Positions 52,166 through 61,640 of a DNA stretch of 64,000 nt are shown here, piece after piece. Origin of the DNA: Myxococcota bacterium. GTDB taxonomy: Bacteria > Myxococcota_A > UBA796 > UBA2385. Numbering within the stretch: position 1 is the first letter of the stretch; every line of letters begins with the position of its first letter. The translations under genes and the position numbers were made by a program. The notes below the pieces were generated by a model. That model had not been told where the DNA came from. It ran no database searches and worked only from the letters and a program-made list of their open reading frames with translations. The DNA is taken from NCBI GenBank assembly GCA_044344255.1, contig JBIJDH010000016.1:96001-160000 (forward strand), given 5' to 3'.

Positions 52166-52654
52166 ATGCCGACCCCGCTCGTGCTTGTCACCGACCCTGA
52201 GGGGCGCATCACCCACCAGAACGCCTCGGTCCGCGCGCTCTGCGGGGACTGCGTCGGGCTCCACTGCTGCGAGGTCTTCAAGCGCGCGACGGGCAGCGCC
52301 TGTCCAGGCCCCGCCCCGGGCGGCGGGAGCGTGGAGGGCCACCACGAGCCGATCGGCTTCGTCGAAGCGCGGGGGGTGGTCGGCCCGCTCAGCGTCTCCA
52401 ACGTGGGGGAGCTGCGCGTGCTGGTGATGCAGCCGAAGGGGGTCTGTCCGGGGCCGCCGATCGAGATCTCCCCGCGTGAGACCGAGGTGCTGCGCCTCGT
52501 CGCCGAGGGCTACACCGACCCCGAGATCGCCGCCGAGCTTGGCCTGCAGGCGGCCACGGTGCGCAGCCACGTCGAGAACCTGCGGGCCCGGCTCTCGGCG
52601 CGCACGCGGGCCCAGGCGGTGGCCCGGGCTCACAAGCTCGGCCTGCTCGCCTGA
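52166..52654 (+). CDS. LuxR-family HTH regulator with Cys-rich PAS-like N-terminus
   Basis: ISPRETEVLRLVAEGYTDPEIAAELG...TVRSHVENLRARL; N-terminus LVTDPEGRITHQN...CGDCVGLHCC. Confidence 0.9.
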   Translation: MPTPLVLVTDPEGRITHQNASVRALCGDCVGLHCCEVFKRATGSACPGPAPGGGSVEGHHEPIGFVEARGVVGPLSVSNVGELRVLVMQPKGVCPGPPIEISPRETEVLRLVAEGYTDPEIAAELGLQAATVRSHVENLRARLSARTRAQAVARAHKLGLLA

Positions 52655-52672
52655 TGTTTCGGAGCGAGGGCT

Positions 52673-54400
52673 TCAGCGCCCGAGGGTCAGGAGCCCGTCT
52701 GCGACGAGGTCGTTGACGATCTCCTCGTCTTCGGGGGGCTCGGCGCCGAGCGCGCGGGCGAGGGCGAGCAGGGCGTCGCGGGGGACCGGCTCGAGCGCGC
52801 CCTCGAGCAGGCGGCCGATGGCCTCGTTGCCGTCGCCGATCGAGGGGCGGCCCGTCGAGTCGGTCTCGATGATGATCCAGGTCGGCGGCTCGACCAGCGA
52901 CGGCCGCGGGGCGGGACCGTCCCGCTGCACGAGGTTGGCCAGGGGGTCGGGGCCGAGGCTGTCGCGCAGGCGCGCGTAGTGGAGGGGGATGTCACCGGGG
53001 AGGCTGCAGAGCGCGGCGCCCTCGGCCAGCGCGATCTGCCCCGGCCCAGACGCCCCGCGCGGGCGGCGGGCGCGGGCGAGGGCCAGCTCGAGCTCGGCGA
53101 AGGGGCCGGCGGCGGGGCGCAGCCAGGCGCCGAAGGTGAGGGCGAGGGAGCCGCCCCCGGCGATGCAGGCGTGGAGCTCCGGGCTGTCGAAGAAGGCCTC
53201 GAGGCCCGGCACCCCGCGGAGGAGGACGGAGACCGGGAATTCGGGGACGAGGCCGGTGAGGGTCCGGGCGCGGCGGTAGCGGTCGGCAGACCAGGCCCGC
53301 CGGTCGATCGCGAGCAGCCAGCTGCGCTCGTCCTCGGTCAGGGGGGGCTGGCCAGCGGCCTCGAGGGGGCGGCCCTCGTGAAGGTCGTCGACGAGGCGGG
53401 GATCGTAGAGCAGCCGGGCGATCGTGGTCTGGACCCTTCCGTCCGGGGTCTCGAACAGGCCGGGGCCCTTCGGGCGGGGCGCGGGCTCGGCGGGCTCCCA
53501 GGAGGGCGCGATCGGGCTCAGGCCAGGGCGCCGGCTGCGATCGTGAAAGAAGGCGCCGGCGACTCGGCGGAAGAGCGGCCCGACCGCCTCGATCGTGTTG
53601 CGCTCGCACTCGACGATGACCGCCTTCAGGTTGGGGGCACGATCGATGATGTGGTCGAAGATCTGCCAGGTGTCATCGAGCACCTCGGGGCTGTGGTCAT
53701 CGTCGACCCAGGCGAAGCCGTCGGTGTGGACCGTCCGGCCCCCCGCGACGTGCAGCTCGACGATCCGCTCGAGGGGGAAGCCGTCGAGGCCTGCGGTGGG
53801 CGAGCGGCCGCGGAGGCGCTGGTAGATCGCGAGGTGGGCGCAGTCGAGCAGCATCCCGGTGTCGGCTCGCTCGCAGAGGCGTGCGTAGTAGTCGAGGAGG
53901 TCCATCGGGCCGACGAAGGCCACGCCGGGCGGGTTCTCGGGCAGCACCTCGAGCCCGGTGCGGCTCCGCAGGTAGGCGATTCCGGCGGCGGTCGCGTCGG
54001 CGGAGCGGGGGCTCAGCACCGGCGGCAGCAGCAGCATGTGGTCGCGATCGCGGCGGCCGAGGTGCCAGAGGCCGGCGTCGCCGCAGAGCCAGGCGGGCCG
54101 CAGCACGGCGACGAGGGCCGCCACCTCCTCGAGCCAGCGCTCGTCCATGTCGTCGGGGTCATCGAGGTTGACGTCGAGGAAGTGGTAGGTGGTGGGCAGC
54201 TTGCGGGCGGCCCAGGCCAACGCGCCCGGGTCGAGGCCCTTCGCCGTCTCGACCCCCACCTCGAGGAAGGCGCAGAGCAGGGGCAGCGCCTCGTGCAAAG
54301 CGAGCGGATCGAGGGCGCTGGGCGCATCGGCGGCGCCGTACTCGGTGGAGACGCCCACCCCGAGGACCGGCAGGGCGCGGACGCGGTCGAAGAAGCTCAT
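52673..54400 (-). CDS. DUF692-family multinuclear non-heme iron oxidase (MNIO) with fused C-terminal domain
   Basis: LGVG, LPENPP, LLDCAH, ELHVAGG, VDDHS, VIVECE; extra C-terminal region ending in a winged-helix-like IVNDLVADGLL. Confidence 0.82.
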   Translation of the reverse strand: MSFFDRVRALPVLGVGVSTEYGAADAPSALDPLALHEALPLLCAFLEVGVETAKGLDPGALAWAARKLPTTYHFLDVNLDDPDDMDERWLEEVAALVAVLRPAWLCGDAGLWHLGRRDRDHMLLLPPVLSPRSADATAAGIAYLRSRTGLEVLPENPPGVAFVGPMDLLDYYARLCERADTGMLLDCAHLAIYQRLRGRSPTAGLDGFPLERIVELHVAGGRTVHTDGFAWVDDDHSPEVLDDTWQIFDHIIDRAPNLKAVIVECERNTIEAVGPLFRRVAGAFFHDRSRRPGLSPIAPSWEPAEPAPRPKGPGLFETPDGRVQTTIARLLYDPRLVDDLHEGRPLEAAGQPPLTEDERSWLLAIDRRAWSADRYRRARTLTGLVPEFPVSVLLRGVPGLEAFFDSPELHACIAGGGSLALTFGAWLRPAAGPFAELELALARARRPRGASGPGQIALAEGAALCSLPGDIPLHYARLRDSLGPDPLANLVQRDGPAPRPSLVEPPTWIIIETDSTGRPSIGDGNEAIGRLLEGALEPVPRDALLALARALGAEPPEDEEIVNDLVADGLLTLGR

Positions 54401-55155
54401 CGGCCCACCGCCGCGAAGTCGGCGAACACCGCGGACAGCGGGCTCGACTCTCCATGGGCGACCACGGCGAGCGCCGAGCCGAAGAGGGGCCCGGGGCTGC
54501 GGAGGAGGCGGCCGAGGGTGCTCGCGTGGCGATCGAGCTCTTCAAGGGTGCCGACACGGTGGTGGGGGGCCTCGCGGTGGAGCCGGAGCACGCTGCGCCA
54601 CGCGGCGTCCCGCGCCTTCTGGAGGCCGAACATGCCGAGCCACTCGTCCTTCTGGCCGCCGAGGCGGTCGAGCACGTTGAGCCAGGGCGAGTGGCGGTCG
54701 AGCGTGGCCTGGATGTCGTCGAGGAGCTCGGCGAGCACGGCGTTGATCTGCATGAAGTCGCGCTGTATGCCCGCGGGATTGGCGCCCTCTAGAACGTCGA
54801 TCACCGTGGGCGCGAGGTCGAGGTTGATGTGGGCGTTCATGCCGAGGAGCAGGTGTTGGATGAGCGCGTGGTCGCGGTCGCGGGTGGCCTCGAAGGCCAC
54901 TCGCCAGGCGCGGCTCGGCGGCTGGCCGACCGACCAGGCGGCCTCGGCGTCGAGGTAGCGGTTGGCGAAGGAGACGACGAAGCGGCCCATCCGGGGCCCG
55001 TCGTCGAAGCGGCCCGCGGTGATCGCCTCGCCCACCCGGCCCGTCATCTGGCGGTAGAGCGAGGGGAAGAGGCCGATGGGATCCTGCTTCAGCGCGGCGC
55101 CGGCGATGATGCGCTCGAGCTCCACCTTGACCTGATCCAGACTTGAGACGCGCAT
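54397..55155 (-). CDS. DUF5995-like protein
   Basis: LFPSLYRQMT, FANRYLDA, AWRVAF, QHLLLGMNAHINLDL, DFMQINAVL; ATGA overlap with the DUF692 gene. Confidence 0.8.
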   Translation of the reverse strand: MRVSSLDQVKVELERIIAGAALKQDPIGLFPSLYRQMTGRVGEAITAGRFDDGPRMGRFVVSFANRYLDAEAAWSVGQPPSRAWRVAFEATRDRDHALIQHLLLGMNAHINLDLAPTVIDVLEGANPAGIQRDFMQINAVLAELLDDIQATLDRHSPWLNVLDRLGGQKDEWLGMFGLQKARDAAWRSVLRLHREAPHHRVGTLEELDRHASTLGRLLRSPGPLFGSALAVVAHGESSPLSAVFADFAAVGR

Positions 55156-55212
55156 GAGACCTCCCGGCGCGCCGTTATCCCGGGCCCGGGGGGCCCCGCA
55201 GGGCGCGGCCGG

Positions 55213-55665
55213 TCAGAGGTCGCGCTTGCCGGGCGCCGCAGCGGCGTCGGTCGGAGCCTTGTTGGCCTCCCGCGCCCGCTTCATCTCCTCGAGGGTGCGC
55301 TTCGCGCGGGCGACGGGGTCGTCCACAGGCGGCTTTGGGGCCTCCGCGGCCCCGTACCGCTTGCGCAGGCGCTCGAGCGGATCGGCCTCCTCCTCGGCGG
55401 CCACGGCGGCCGCGGCGCCGCCCACCTTGCCGAAGATCGCGCTCTCCAGGCCATCGAGGAGGCTCGAGGCGGCCCGCTCGACGCTGGCGAGGGCGGCGCG
55501 GGCGGCGAGCTCAGCGGCCTTCTCGGCGGCCTGGGCGCGGGCGGCCTGCTCCACCTCGTCGAGGGCGCCCTGGAGGCGCTCCCGGCCTGCGGCGGCGGCG
55601 CCCGCGAGGGAGGTGCCGGAGGGCGAAGGGGCAGGGGGAGCGTCGGGCTTGGGATCGTCGGCCAT
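55213..55665 (-). CDS. Hypothetical Ala/Glu-rich helical protein
   Basis: Host-like codon usage; coiled-coil composition. Confidence 0.65.
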   Translation of the reverse strand: MADDPKPDAPPAPSPSGTSLAGAAAAGRERLQGALDEVEQAARAQAAEKAAELAARAALASVERAASSLLDGLESAIFGKVGGAAAAVAAEEEADPLERLRKRYGAAEAPKPPVDDPVARAKRTLEEMKRAREANKAPTDAAAAPGKRDL

Positions 55666-55695
55666 GCCAGAGGGTAGCCTGCTGGCGGGGTCCGG

Positions 55696-57189
55696 TCACC
55701 GGCCGTGGGCCCCGCCGGAGACCGAGGGCTCGTCGAGGTCGACCTTCAGTCCGCTGAGCGGCCCGGGCTGAAGGTCTTGGGGCCAGGCCTCGAGCGTGAC
55801 GAGGGTGTCGTCTTGATCGGGCCCGTCGCCGTCCTCGTCGAAGTAGGCGCGGAGGTGCACGGTGGTGGCCGCCCCGCAATCGAGGGTGAAGGGGCCGGGT
55901 CCGCGCAGCGAGGCGCTGCCGACGATGGTGACGGGGCCGCCCTCCCCGCCGGTCGGTCCGGTGACCGCGTCGAGGCGGATCATCCCAGCGGTCCACCGCG
56001 CGGCCTGCACCACCCCGGTGAGTCGGCAGGGGCTCGTGGCGGTGGAGGGCTGCGGCGCGGCTGGGGGGCCGCTGCTCTGCACGAAGGGATCGACGTAGTC
56101 GGGGACCTCGCCCCCCGAGGCCGCGGTGCCGATCCGATCACCCTTGGCCCAGCCGGCGAGCTGCTGGGCCAGGGCCTGCCCGAGCAGCCGGTGGCCGAGC
56201 GCGGTCGGGTGCATCTCATCCTGGAAGAGCGCCGCCTTGCTGTGGCCGCTCTCCTGGAACAACCGAGGGACCTCGATCACCGGCGAGCTCCACCGGGCGG
56301 CCGTGTCCCGGAGCACCGCTCGGTAGGGGTCCCACGCGGCGCGACCGACGGGGCCGGCGATAGCGCCGGCATCGAGGTCCTCGTTGTTGGCGAGCACGAC
56401 GAAGACCAGCTCGGCGCCGCGATCGACGGCGATGCGGGCGAGGGTGTCGAGGTTGTCGGCATAGTCCTGGATGGCCACCCGTCGCTGGCCGATGTGGGCG
56501 GCGCCGTCCTTCTGCCAGGTGACCGTGCGCGCGAGGCGGCTCTGGGACTCCACGCGCAGCTCCCAGTCGAGCCAGCGGAAGATCGCGCTCTTCGAGAGCA
56601 GGCGCTGGGCCTGCCCCATCGGGCCCTCCTCCCAGCCGGCATACTCGGCGAGGGTCTCTCGATCGACGAAGGCGTCGAAGTTGTTGTCGGACCACAGGTT
56701 GGCGATGACGAAGAGATCGGGCTCGGTGGCCAGGGCCCGCATGCGCAGCAGGTTCAGCGTCTCGAAGGTGGAGTAGCCGGGGATCGCGGCCGAGACGGCC
56801 TCGACGCCGGGCCCGAGGGCCTCCGCGGCCACTTGGGAGAAGACCTCCCCCTCGGCGACGCCGAAGCCGAAGACGCTGGAGTCCCCGGTGGTGAGGAGGC
56901 GGCGGCGCCCGGCGGGCTTGGGTGTCTGGACCTCTGGCCCGCGCAGGCCGAGGCCGTTGATGCGCACCGTCACCCCCTGTTCAAAGTACGTCCCTGGCGG
57001 GTACTCGTAGAGCAGGTAGGGGTTTCCCTTCAGCACGGTGTGCCCGGCCTTGCTCGCCGGCAAGGGCGCCTCCCAGGCTCGGATCTCGGCGCCGAAGAGG
57101 GCCGTCACCATCGCCTCCGCGAAGAACCACAGGCCGACCGCCGTGAGGCCGGCGACGACGAGCTTGCGGCGGAGGGGGACGTGGGGCAT
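55696..57189 (-). CDS. SGNH/GDSL hydrolase, membrane anchored
   Basis: INGLGLRG, TGDSSVFGFG, IPGYST, DEMHP. Confidence 0.88.
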   Translation of the reverse strand: MPHVPLRRKLVVAGLTAVGLWFFAEAMVTALFGAEIRAWEAPLPASKAGHTVLKGNPYLLYEYPPGTYFEQGVTVRINGLGLRGPEVQTPKPAGRRRLLTTGDSSVFGFGVAEGEVFSQVAAEALGPGVEAVSAAIPGYSTFETLNLLRMRALATEPDLFVIANLWSDNNFDAFVDRETLAEYAGWEEGPMGQAQRLLSKSAIFRWLDWELRVESQSRLARTVTWQKDGAAHIGQRRVAIQDYADNLDTLARIAVDRGAELVFVVLANNEDLDAGAIAGPVGRAAWDPYRAVLRDTAARWSSPVIEVPRLFQESGHSKAALFQDEMHPTALGHRLLGQALAQQLAGWAKGDRIGTAASGGEVPDYVDPFVQSSGPPAAPQPSTATSPCRLTGVVQAARWTAGMIRLDAVTGPTGGEGGPVTIVGSASLRGPGPFTLDCGAATTVHLRAYFDEDGDGPDQDDTLVTLEAWPQDLQPGPLSGLKVDLDEPSVSGGAHGR

Positions 57190-57214
57190 CTCGGGGAGCG
57201 CTCCTGCGGTTCGT

Positions 57215-60200
57215 TCAGCCGGGGTCGGAGCTGGAGCCGGGGGCGGTCGCGGGCGGCGGTGCCGCCGGGCGGGCGAGGTCGATGCGGCGCAGGTTCTCAC
57301 GCGCGGCGCCGTTGTTCGGGTCGATCGCGAGGACCGAGCGGAAGGCCTCTGCGGCCTGATCGAGGTCCCCCGCCATGGCGCGGATCTGCCCGATCCCGCC
57401 GCGGGCCTCGACGAGGTTTGGATCGGCGAGCACGGCCCGCCGGAAGTCCTCCTCCGCCTGATCGAGCTTGTCGAGGTCGAACCAGCAGCGGCCGCGGAGG
57501 TACCAGGCGTAGGCCCCACCGCCCTGCAGGACCGCGCGCTCGGCGTGGACGAGGGCGGTGGTGGGCTCCCCGCGGGCGAGGAAGAGCGCGGTGAGCGCGA
57601 GGGCCGGCTCGGGGTGCTCGCCGCGGCTGAGCGCGAGGGCCCGCTCGAGGGGGGCCTGTGCGGCGTCGTCTTCGCCGATCTCGCTCAAGAAGACGCCGAG
57701 GTTCTGCCAGGCGGACCAATCCTGCGGCCAGGCCTCGGTGGCCTCGCGCAGGCGGCGCTCGGCCTCGACGTTGTCCTTCCGTGCCCGAGCGACGCGGGCG
57801 AGGCCGGAGAGGGCGTCCCGGTTCTTGGGGTCGAGGCGGAGCACCTCTTCGAAAGCGTCGCGGGCGCGAGCGAGGTTGCCCTGTGCCAGCGCGATCTCGC
57901 CCTGCACCAGGGGAGGAGCGGGGCTGCGGGGGGCGAGGAGCCGCGCGGTGGTGGCCTCCCGGGCGGCGTCCTCCCAGCGGCGCGAACCGGTGCCCTCGGC
58001 GCGCGCGGCCACGAGGTGGGCGTGGGCCCGCTCCATCTGGGGCTCAATCAAGGCCTCGAGGGCGCGCAGCTCGGAGGCGTCGGCGCTGCCCTGAGACAGC
58101 GCCTGCGCTCCCGCGAAGACCCCCTGTACGTCGCCGCGCGCTGCGTCTCCGAGCAGCTTGAGGTAGCGGCCGCGGGCCGCGATACGGGCGTCGAGCGGCG
58201 CCGCTTGCGCCTGGAGCTCGGCGCCACCCTCCCGGAGATCCCACAGCGCCTCCGCCGTAGCGGTGCGCTCGGCGAGGGCCGTGAGGTGCTGGACCGGCGG
58301 TCTGAACACGGCCTGAGACAGCCCGCGCGCGGCCGTGAGCGGCCCGAAGCCGGGCGCGATGTGGGTCCAGGAAGCGAGGCTCTCGCGGTCGCCGAGGGCG
58401 AAGCCGGCGAGCAGGAGCGGGGAGGGGAAGCCGAGGTCGCGCAGGGGCTGGGCGGCGGCGGGGTGTCGCGCGAAGAGGCGGGAGAGGGGCAGCGGGCGGT
58501 CGGAGGCGACGACGAGGAGAGAGTCGGCCCCCGTGGGGGGCAACCAGAGCTGCACCACCTCGAACTGGTCGAGGAGCGGCCCGAGCGCAGCGGCGGGGGC
58601 CCCCTCGGCGAACCAGCCGAGGTGCAGACAGATCACGTACACGCCGTCGTCGGCGAGGGCGCGGTGGGCGGCGCGGAGGTGCTCGGGGTCGAGGGTCGCG
58701 TGGAGGGCGTCGCGCCAGGGGGCGCGGATCACGTCGATGATCGCGTCCTGGCTTTGATTCGTGCGGAGGAGGAGCTCGGGGTGGACAGGCCGGAGCTGGA
58801 CGCCGGGGGCGAGCGCGGCGGTGCGAAAGGGGGCGTCGAGGGCGGCCTGAGCGCGGGTCAAGCCGGGGAGCGGCGTGGTGATGCGCGTGAGCCCCGGCTG
58901 GAAGGCTGATGCGCCGATGAGCGCGCGCCCGGCGTCATCTCCGAGGATCAGCACCTCGTCGAAGCGAGGCGCGAGCAGCCCGGCGAGCAGCCCGGCCATC
59001 CGCTCGGCCTCGGCGGCGCGGCCCGTGGTCTCGACGATCTGCCCCTCGACCTCGAGGGTCAAGGGCCAGCTGTCCTGGTCGACGCGCAGCCGGTCGGCGC
59101 GCCAGGCGGTGGAGGGGGCGCGCAGGGCGGCGGCGCCGGCCGCGCCGGCGGCGGACCAGGCCACCCGCTGTCGAGCGCGGATGTCGCGGTCGACGCCAGC
59201 CTCTCCCACGCCGCGGAGCAGCCGCCAACGAGACACCGTCAGGAGCTCGTCGGAGGGCCCGCCCAGCGCCCGCATCCCGATCAGCGTGGTGAGCGCGGTG
59301 ATGAGGCCGCCGACCTGCAGCCAGCGGCGCTCGGCGCCAAAGGCGAGGGCCGCCGTGAAGGCCAGGCTGAGGGGGAGGAGGCTCCGCTCGCCCTCGAGGC
59401 CGCCCAGCCCACCGAGCGCGACCGCTACACCCTCCCACCGGGAGGGGCGAAGACCGGCGCCGAGGCCGAGGAGCAGGCCGCCGCCGAGCCCGATCGCCAA
59501 CAGCGGGAGCGTGAGCAGGAGCCGGCCGTCGAGGGGACCGCTGTCGGCCACCGCCCACGTATCAAGGGCGGGCAGGGCGGGACCGGCGAGGCCGAGGCCT
59601 CCGAACACCCCCACCGCGGCGAGGCCGCTCAAGACGAGGCCGGCGCCCGGCCCGAGGCTCAGCGTGCCGCCCAGCCGCGCGCCGAGCAGCAGCCCGCCCA
59701 GGATCGCGAGCGCGCCATCGAGCGAGGGGTTGAGGGCGCCGCGCAGGTGGGCGGTCGCGAGGCCGACCATCCAGCCGACGAGCAGCGCGGCGGGGAGGCT
59801 GGACAGGCCGGCCGACCGCGCGCGGGGCTCCGCGCCGCTCGGGGCCCGGGAGCCGAGGAGGGCCAGCAGCGCCAGGGCGACTGCGAGCGGAGTCGGCAGC
59901 GCCAGAGCGGAAAGCGCGCCGCCGGCAGCGGCGACCAACCTGGCCCAGGTTCGGCGTTCATCATTGGTTTCTGCGGGATGAGAGAGGGCGAGAGATCCCC
60001 CCCACGCCAGTAGAAGTACGACCTTTGCGGCGTTCTCTGGGACGAACCCGATGCTGGAGCCGAGCCCGGCCGCGATCGAGGCGACGAAGCCGGGCGCGAA
60101 AAGCAGGCTCAGCAGGAGCAAAGCGCCCAACGGCGCCCGCCAGGCCGGGCGGGGGGAGTGGGCCTGACCCACTCGACGGGCGAACAAAGAGACGATCGTG

Positions 60201-60307
60201 ATCAGCCCCAGGCTCTGCGGGCTCGGGCCGATCACGTCACCGATCGCGCAGAGCCCGGACACCAACAGCGCGGACGAGGCGGCGGATCTCCAAAGGGCAG
60301 CGGACAT
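57215..60307 (-). CDS. Multi-TM protein with degenerate spermidine-synthase-like domain and C-terminal TPRs
   Basis: Many TM helices; VLILGDDAG, QDAIIDV, ALADDGVYVI; TPRs (AWQNLGVFL, AWYLRGRCW, ARENL). ORF extends to 60403. Confidence 0.7.
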   Translation of the reverse strand: MSAALWRSAASSALLVSGLCAIGDVIGPSPQSLGLITIVSLFARRVGQAHSPRPAWRAPLGALLLLSLLFAPGFVASIAAGLGSSIGFVPENAAKVVLLLAWGGSLALSHPAETNDERRTWARLVAAAGGALSALALPTPLAVALALLALLGSRAPSGAEPRARSAGLSSLPAALLVGWMVGLATAHLRGALNPSLDGALAILGGLLLGARLGGTLSLGPGAGLVLSGLAAVGVFGGLGLAGPALPALDTWAVADSGPLDGRLLLTLPLLAIGLGGGLLLGLGAGLRPSRWEGVAVALGGLGGLEGERSLLPLSLAFTAALAFGAERRWLQVGGLITALTTLIGMRALGGPSDELLTVSRWRLLRGVGEAGVDRDIRARQRVAWSAAGAAGAAALRAPSTAWRADRLRVDQDSWPLTLEVEGQIVETTGRAAEAERMAGLLAGLLAPRFDEVLILGDDAGRALIGASAFQPGLTRITTPLPGLTRAQAALDAPFRTAALAPGVQLRPVHPELLLRTNQSQDAIIDVIRAPWRDALHATLDPEHLRAAHRALADDGVYVICLHLGWFAEGAPAAALGPLLDQFEVVQLWLPPTGADSLLVVASDRPLPLSRLFARHPAAAQPLRDLGFPSPLLLAGFALGDRESLASWTHIAPGFGPLTAARGLSQAVFRPPVQHLTALAERTATAEALWDLREGGAELQAQAAPLDARIAARGRYLKLLGDAARGDVQGVFAGAQALSQGSADASELRALEALIEPQMERAHAHLVAARAEGTGSRRWEDAAREATTARLLAPRSPAPPLVQGEIALAQGNLARARDAFEEVLRLDPKNRDALSGLARVARARKDNVEAERRLREATEAWPQDWSAWQNLGVFLSEIGEDDAAQAPLERALALSRGEHPEPALALTALFLARGEPTTALVHAERAVLQGGGAYAWYLRGRCWFDLDKLDQAEEDFRRAVLADPNLVEARGGIGQIRAMAGDLDQAAEAFRSVLAIDPNNGAARENLRRIDLARPAAPPPATAPGSSSDPG

Positions 60308-60454
60308 GACACCTGCGCGCGAGGGGCGAGGCGAAGTGTAGCCCGGCGCGGCGGCCGCGCCGTGACGAGGGGGCTTGACCGGGCCCTCACGCAGTTGGTA
60401 CACCGGAGCAGGACCGGCTCGATGGCGAAGGTGGTTTCCCTGCGAGGTCTTTAC

Positions 60455-60470
60455 TTGTCAATAGTTGTCA
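60455..60470. promoter_or_regulatory. TTGTCA direct repeat in the AT-rich divergent promoter region
   Basis: TTGTCA at 60455 and 60465; the first also reads TTGACA on the minus strand. Confidence 0.35.
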
Positions 60471-60566
60471 GGTTAGGGTGTTGGCCCGCTCCCCGCGGGT
60501 GGCGCCTCGGCCCCGTTCCCCTGCTCCCTCCCGTGTTCTGCCCTCCCATGGCTTGGGTGTAGCCGT

Positions 60567-61640
60567 ATGGCGCTCTTCTCCCAAAACAAGACGTCAATCG
60601 GCCTGGACATCGGGTCGAGCCACGTGAAGCTCATGGAGCTCGAGCGGGACAAGCGCTCGGGGAAGTTCCGGCTCGTCAATTTCGGCATGACCCGCCTGCC
60701 CCCCGAGGCCATCGTCGACGGCGCGGTGATGAACACGAACGTGATCGTCGACGCCATCCGCGAGCTCGTCCAGAAGCACCGGGTCAAGACGAAGAACGTG
60801 GTGGCTTCTGTCTCGGGCAACGCCGTGATCATCAAGCGGATCAACCTGCCGCTGATGAGCGCCGATGAGCTCGAGGAGTCCATCCAGTGGGAGGCGGAGC
60901 AGTACATCCCCTTCGACATCAACGACGTCAACATTGACGTCCAGATCTTGGAGGGAGCAAGTGAAGATCCGGGTCAGATGGAGGTCCTCCTCGTCGCGGC
61001 GAGGAAGGAGCTGGTCAACGAGTACCAGTCCCTCATCAGTCAGGCGGGCTTGAAGGCCTCGGTCGTCGATGTGGACGCCTTCGCCGTCGCCAACATGTTC
61101 GAGCTCAACTACGACGTGCAGCCCGAGACGGTGGCGCTGATCAACATCGGCGCCAGCAACGTCAACATCCACATCCTCCGCCGCGGGGTGAGCGCCTTCA
61201 CCCGCGACGTCGGCATCGGCGGGCGGCAGTTCACGGAGGAGATCCAGCGCACGCTGAACATCTCCTACGAAGAGGCCGAGGCGATGAAGGTGGGCGGGGA
61301 TGAGCACGACGCCTCCGCCGTGGTCCCGGAAGAGATCGAGCGAGTCCTGGCTTCGGTGGGCGACAACTTGTCGGTGGAGATCCAGCGATCCCTCGACTTC
61401 TACCGCTCCACCTCGTCCGACTCCGCCATCGCCCGCATCTACCTGTCTGGCGGCGCCGCGCGCACCCCGGGCCTCTCGCGGGCTATCGGTCGGCAGACCA
61501 ACCTCCCGGTCGAGGTGGTAGACCCCTTCCGGCGGATACAAATCGACGAGCGGAGCTTCAACCCCGCTTTTCTCAATGATGTCGCCCCGCAGGCCGCCGT
61601 GGTGGTGGGGCTCGCCGTTCGGAGGCCGGGCGACAAGTGA
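60567..61640 (+). CDS. pilM: Type IV pilus assembly actin-like protein PilM
   Basis: IGLDIGSSHVK, WEAEQYIPF, VLLVAA, EIQRSLDFY, LSGGAA. Confidence 0.97.
   Translation: MALFSQNKTSIGLDIGSSHVKLMELERDKRSGKFRLVNFGMTRLPPEAIVDGAVMNTNVIVDAIRELVQKHRVKTKNVVASVSGNAVIIKRINLPLMSADELEESIQWEAEQYIPFDINDVNIDVQILEGASEDPGQMEVLLVAARKELVNEYQSLISQAGLKASVVDVDAFAVANMFELNYDVQPETVALINIGASNVNIHILRRGVSAFTRDVGIGGRQFTEEIQRTLNISYEEAEAMKVGGDEHDASAVVPEEIERVLASVGDNLSVEIQRSLDFYRSTSSDSAIARIYLSGGAARTPGLSRAIGRQTNLPVEVVDPFRRIQIDERSFNPAFLNDVAPQAAVVVGLAVRRPGDK

Noticed and set aside
55213..55665. Precursor peptide for the DUF692 enzyme
   Set aside because: 150-aa helical protein with no Cys and no leader/core pattern; not supportable, though not excluded.
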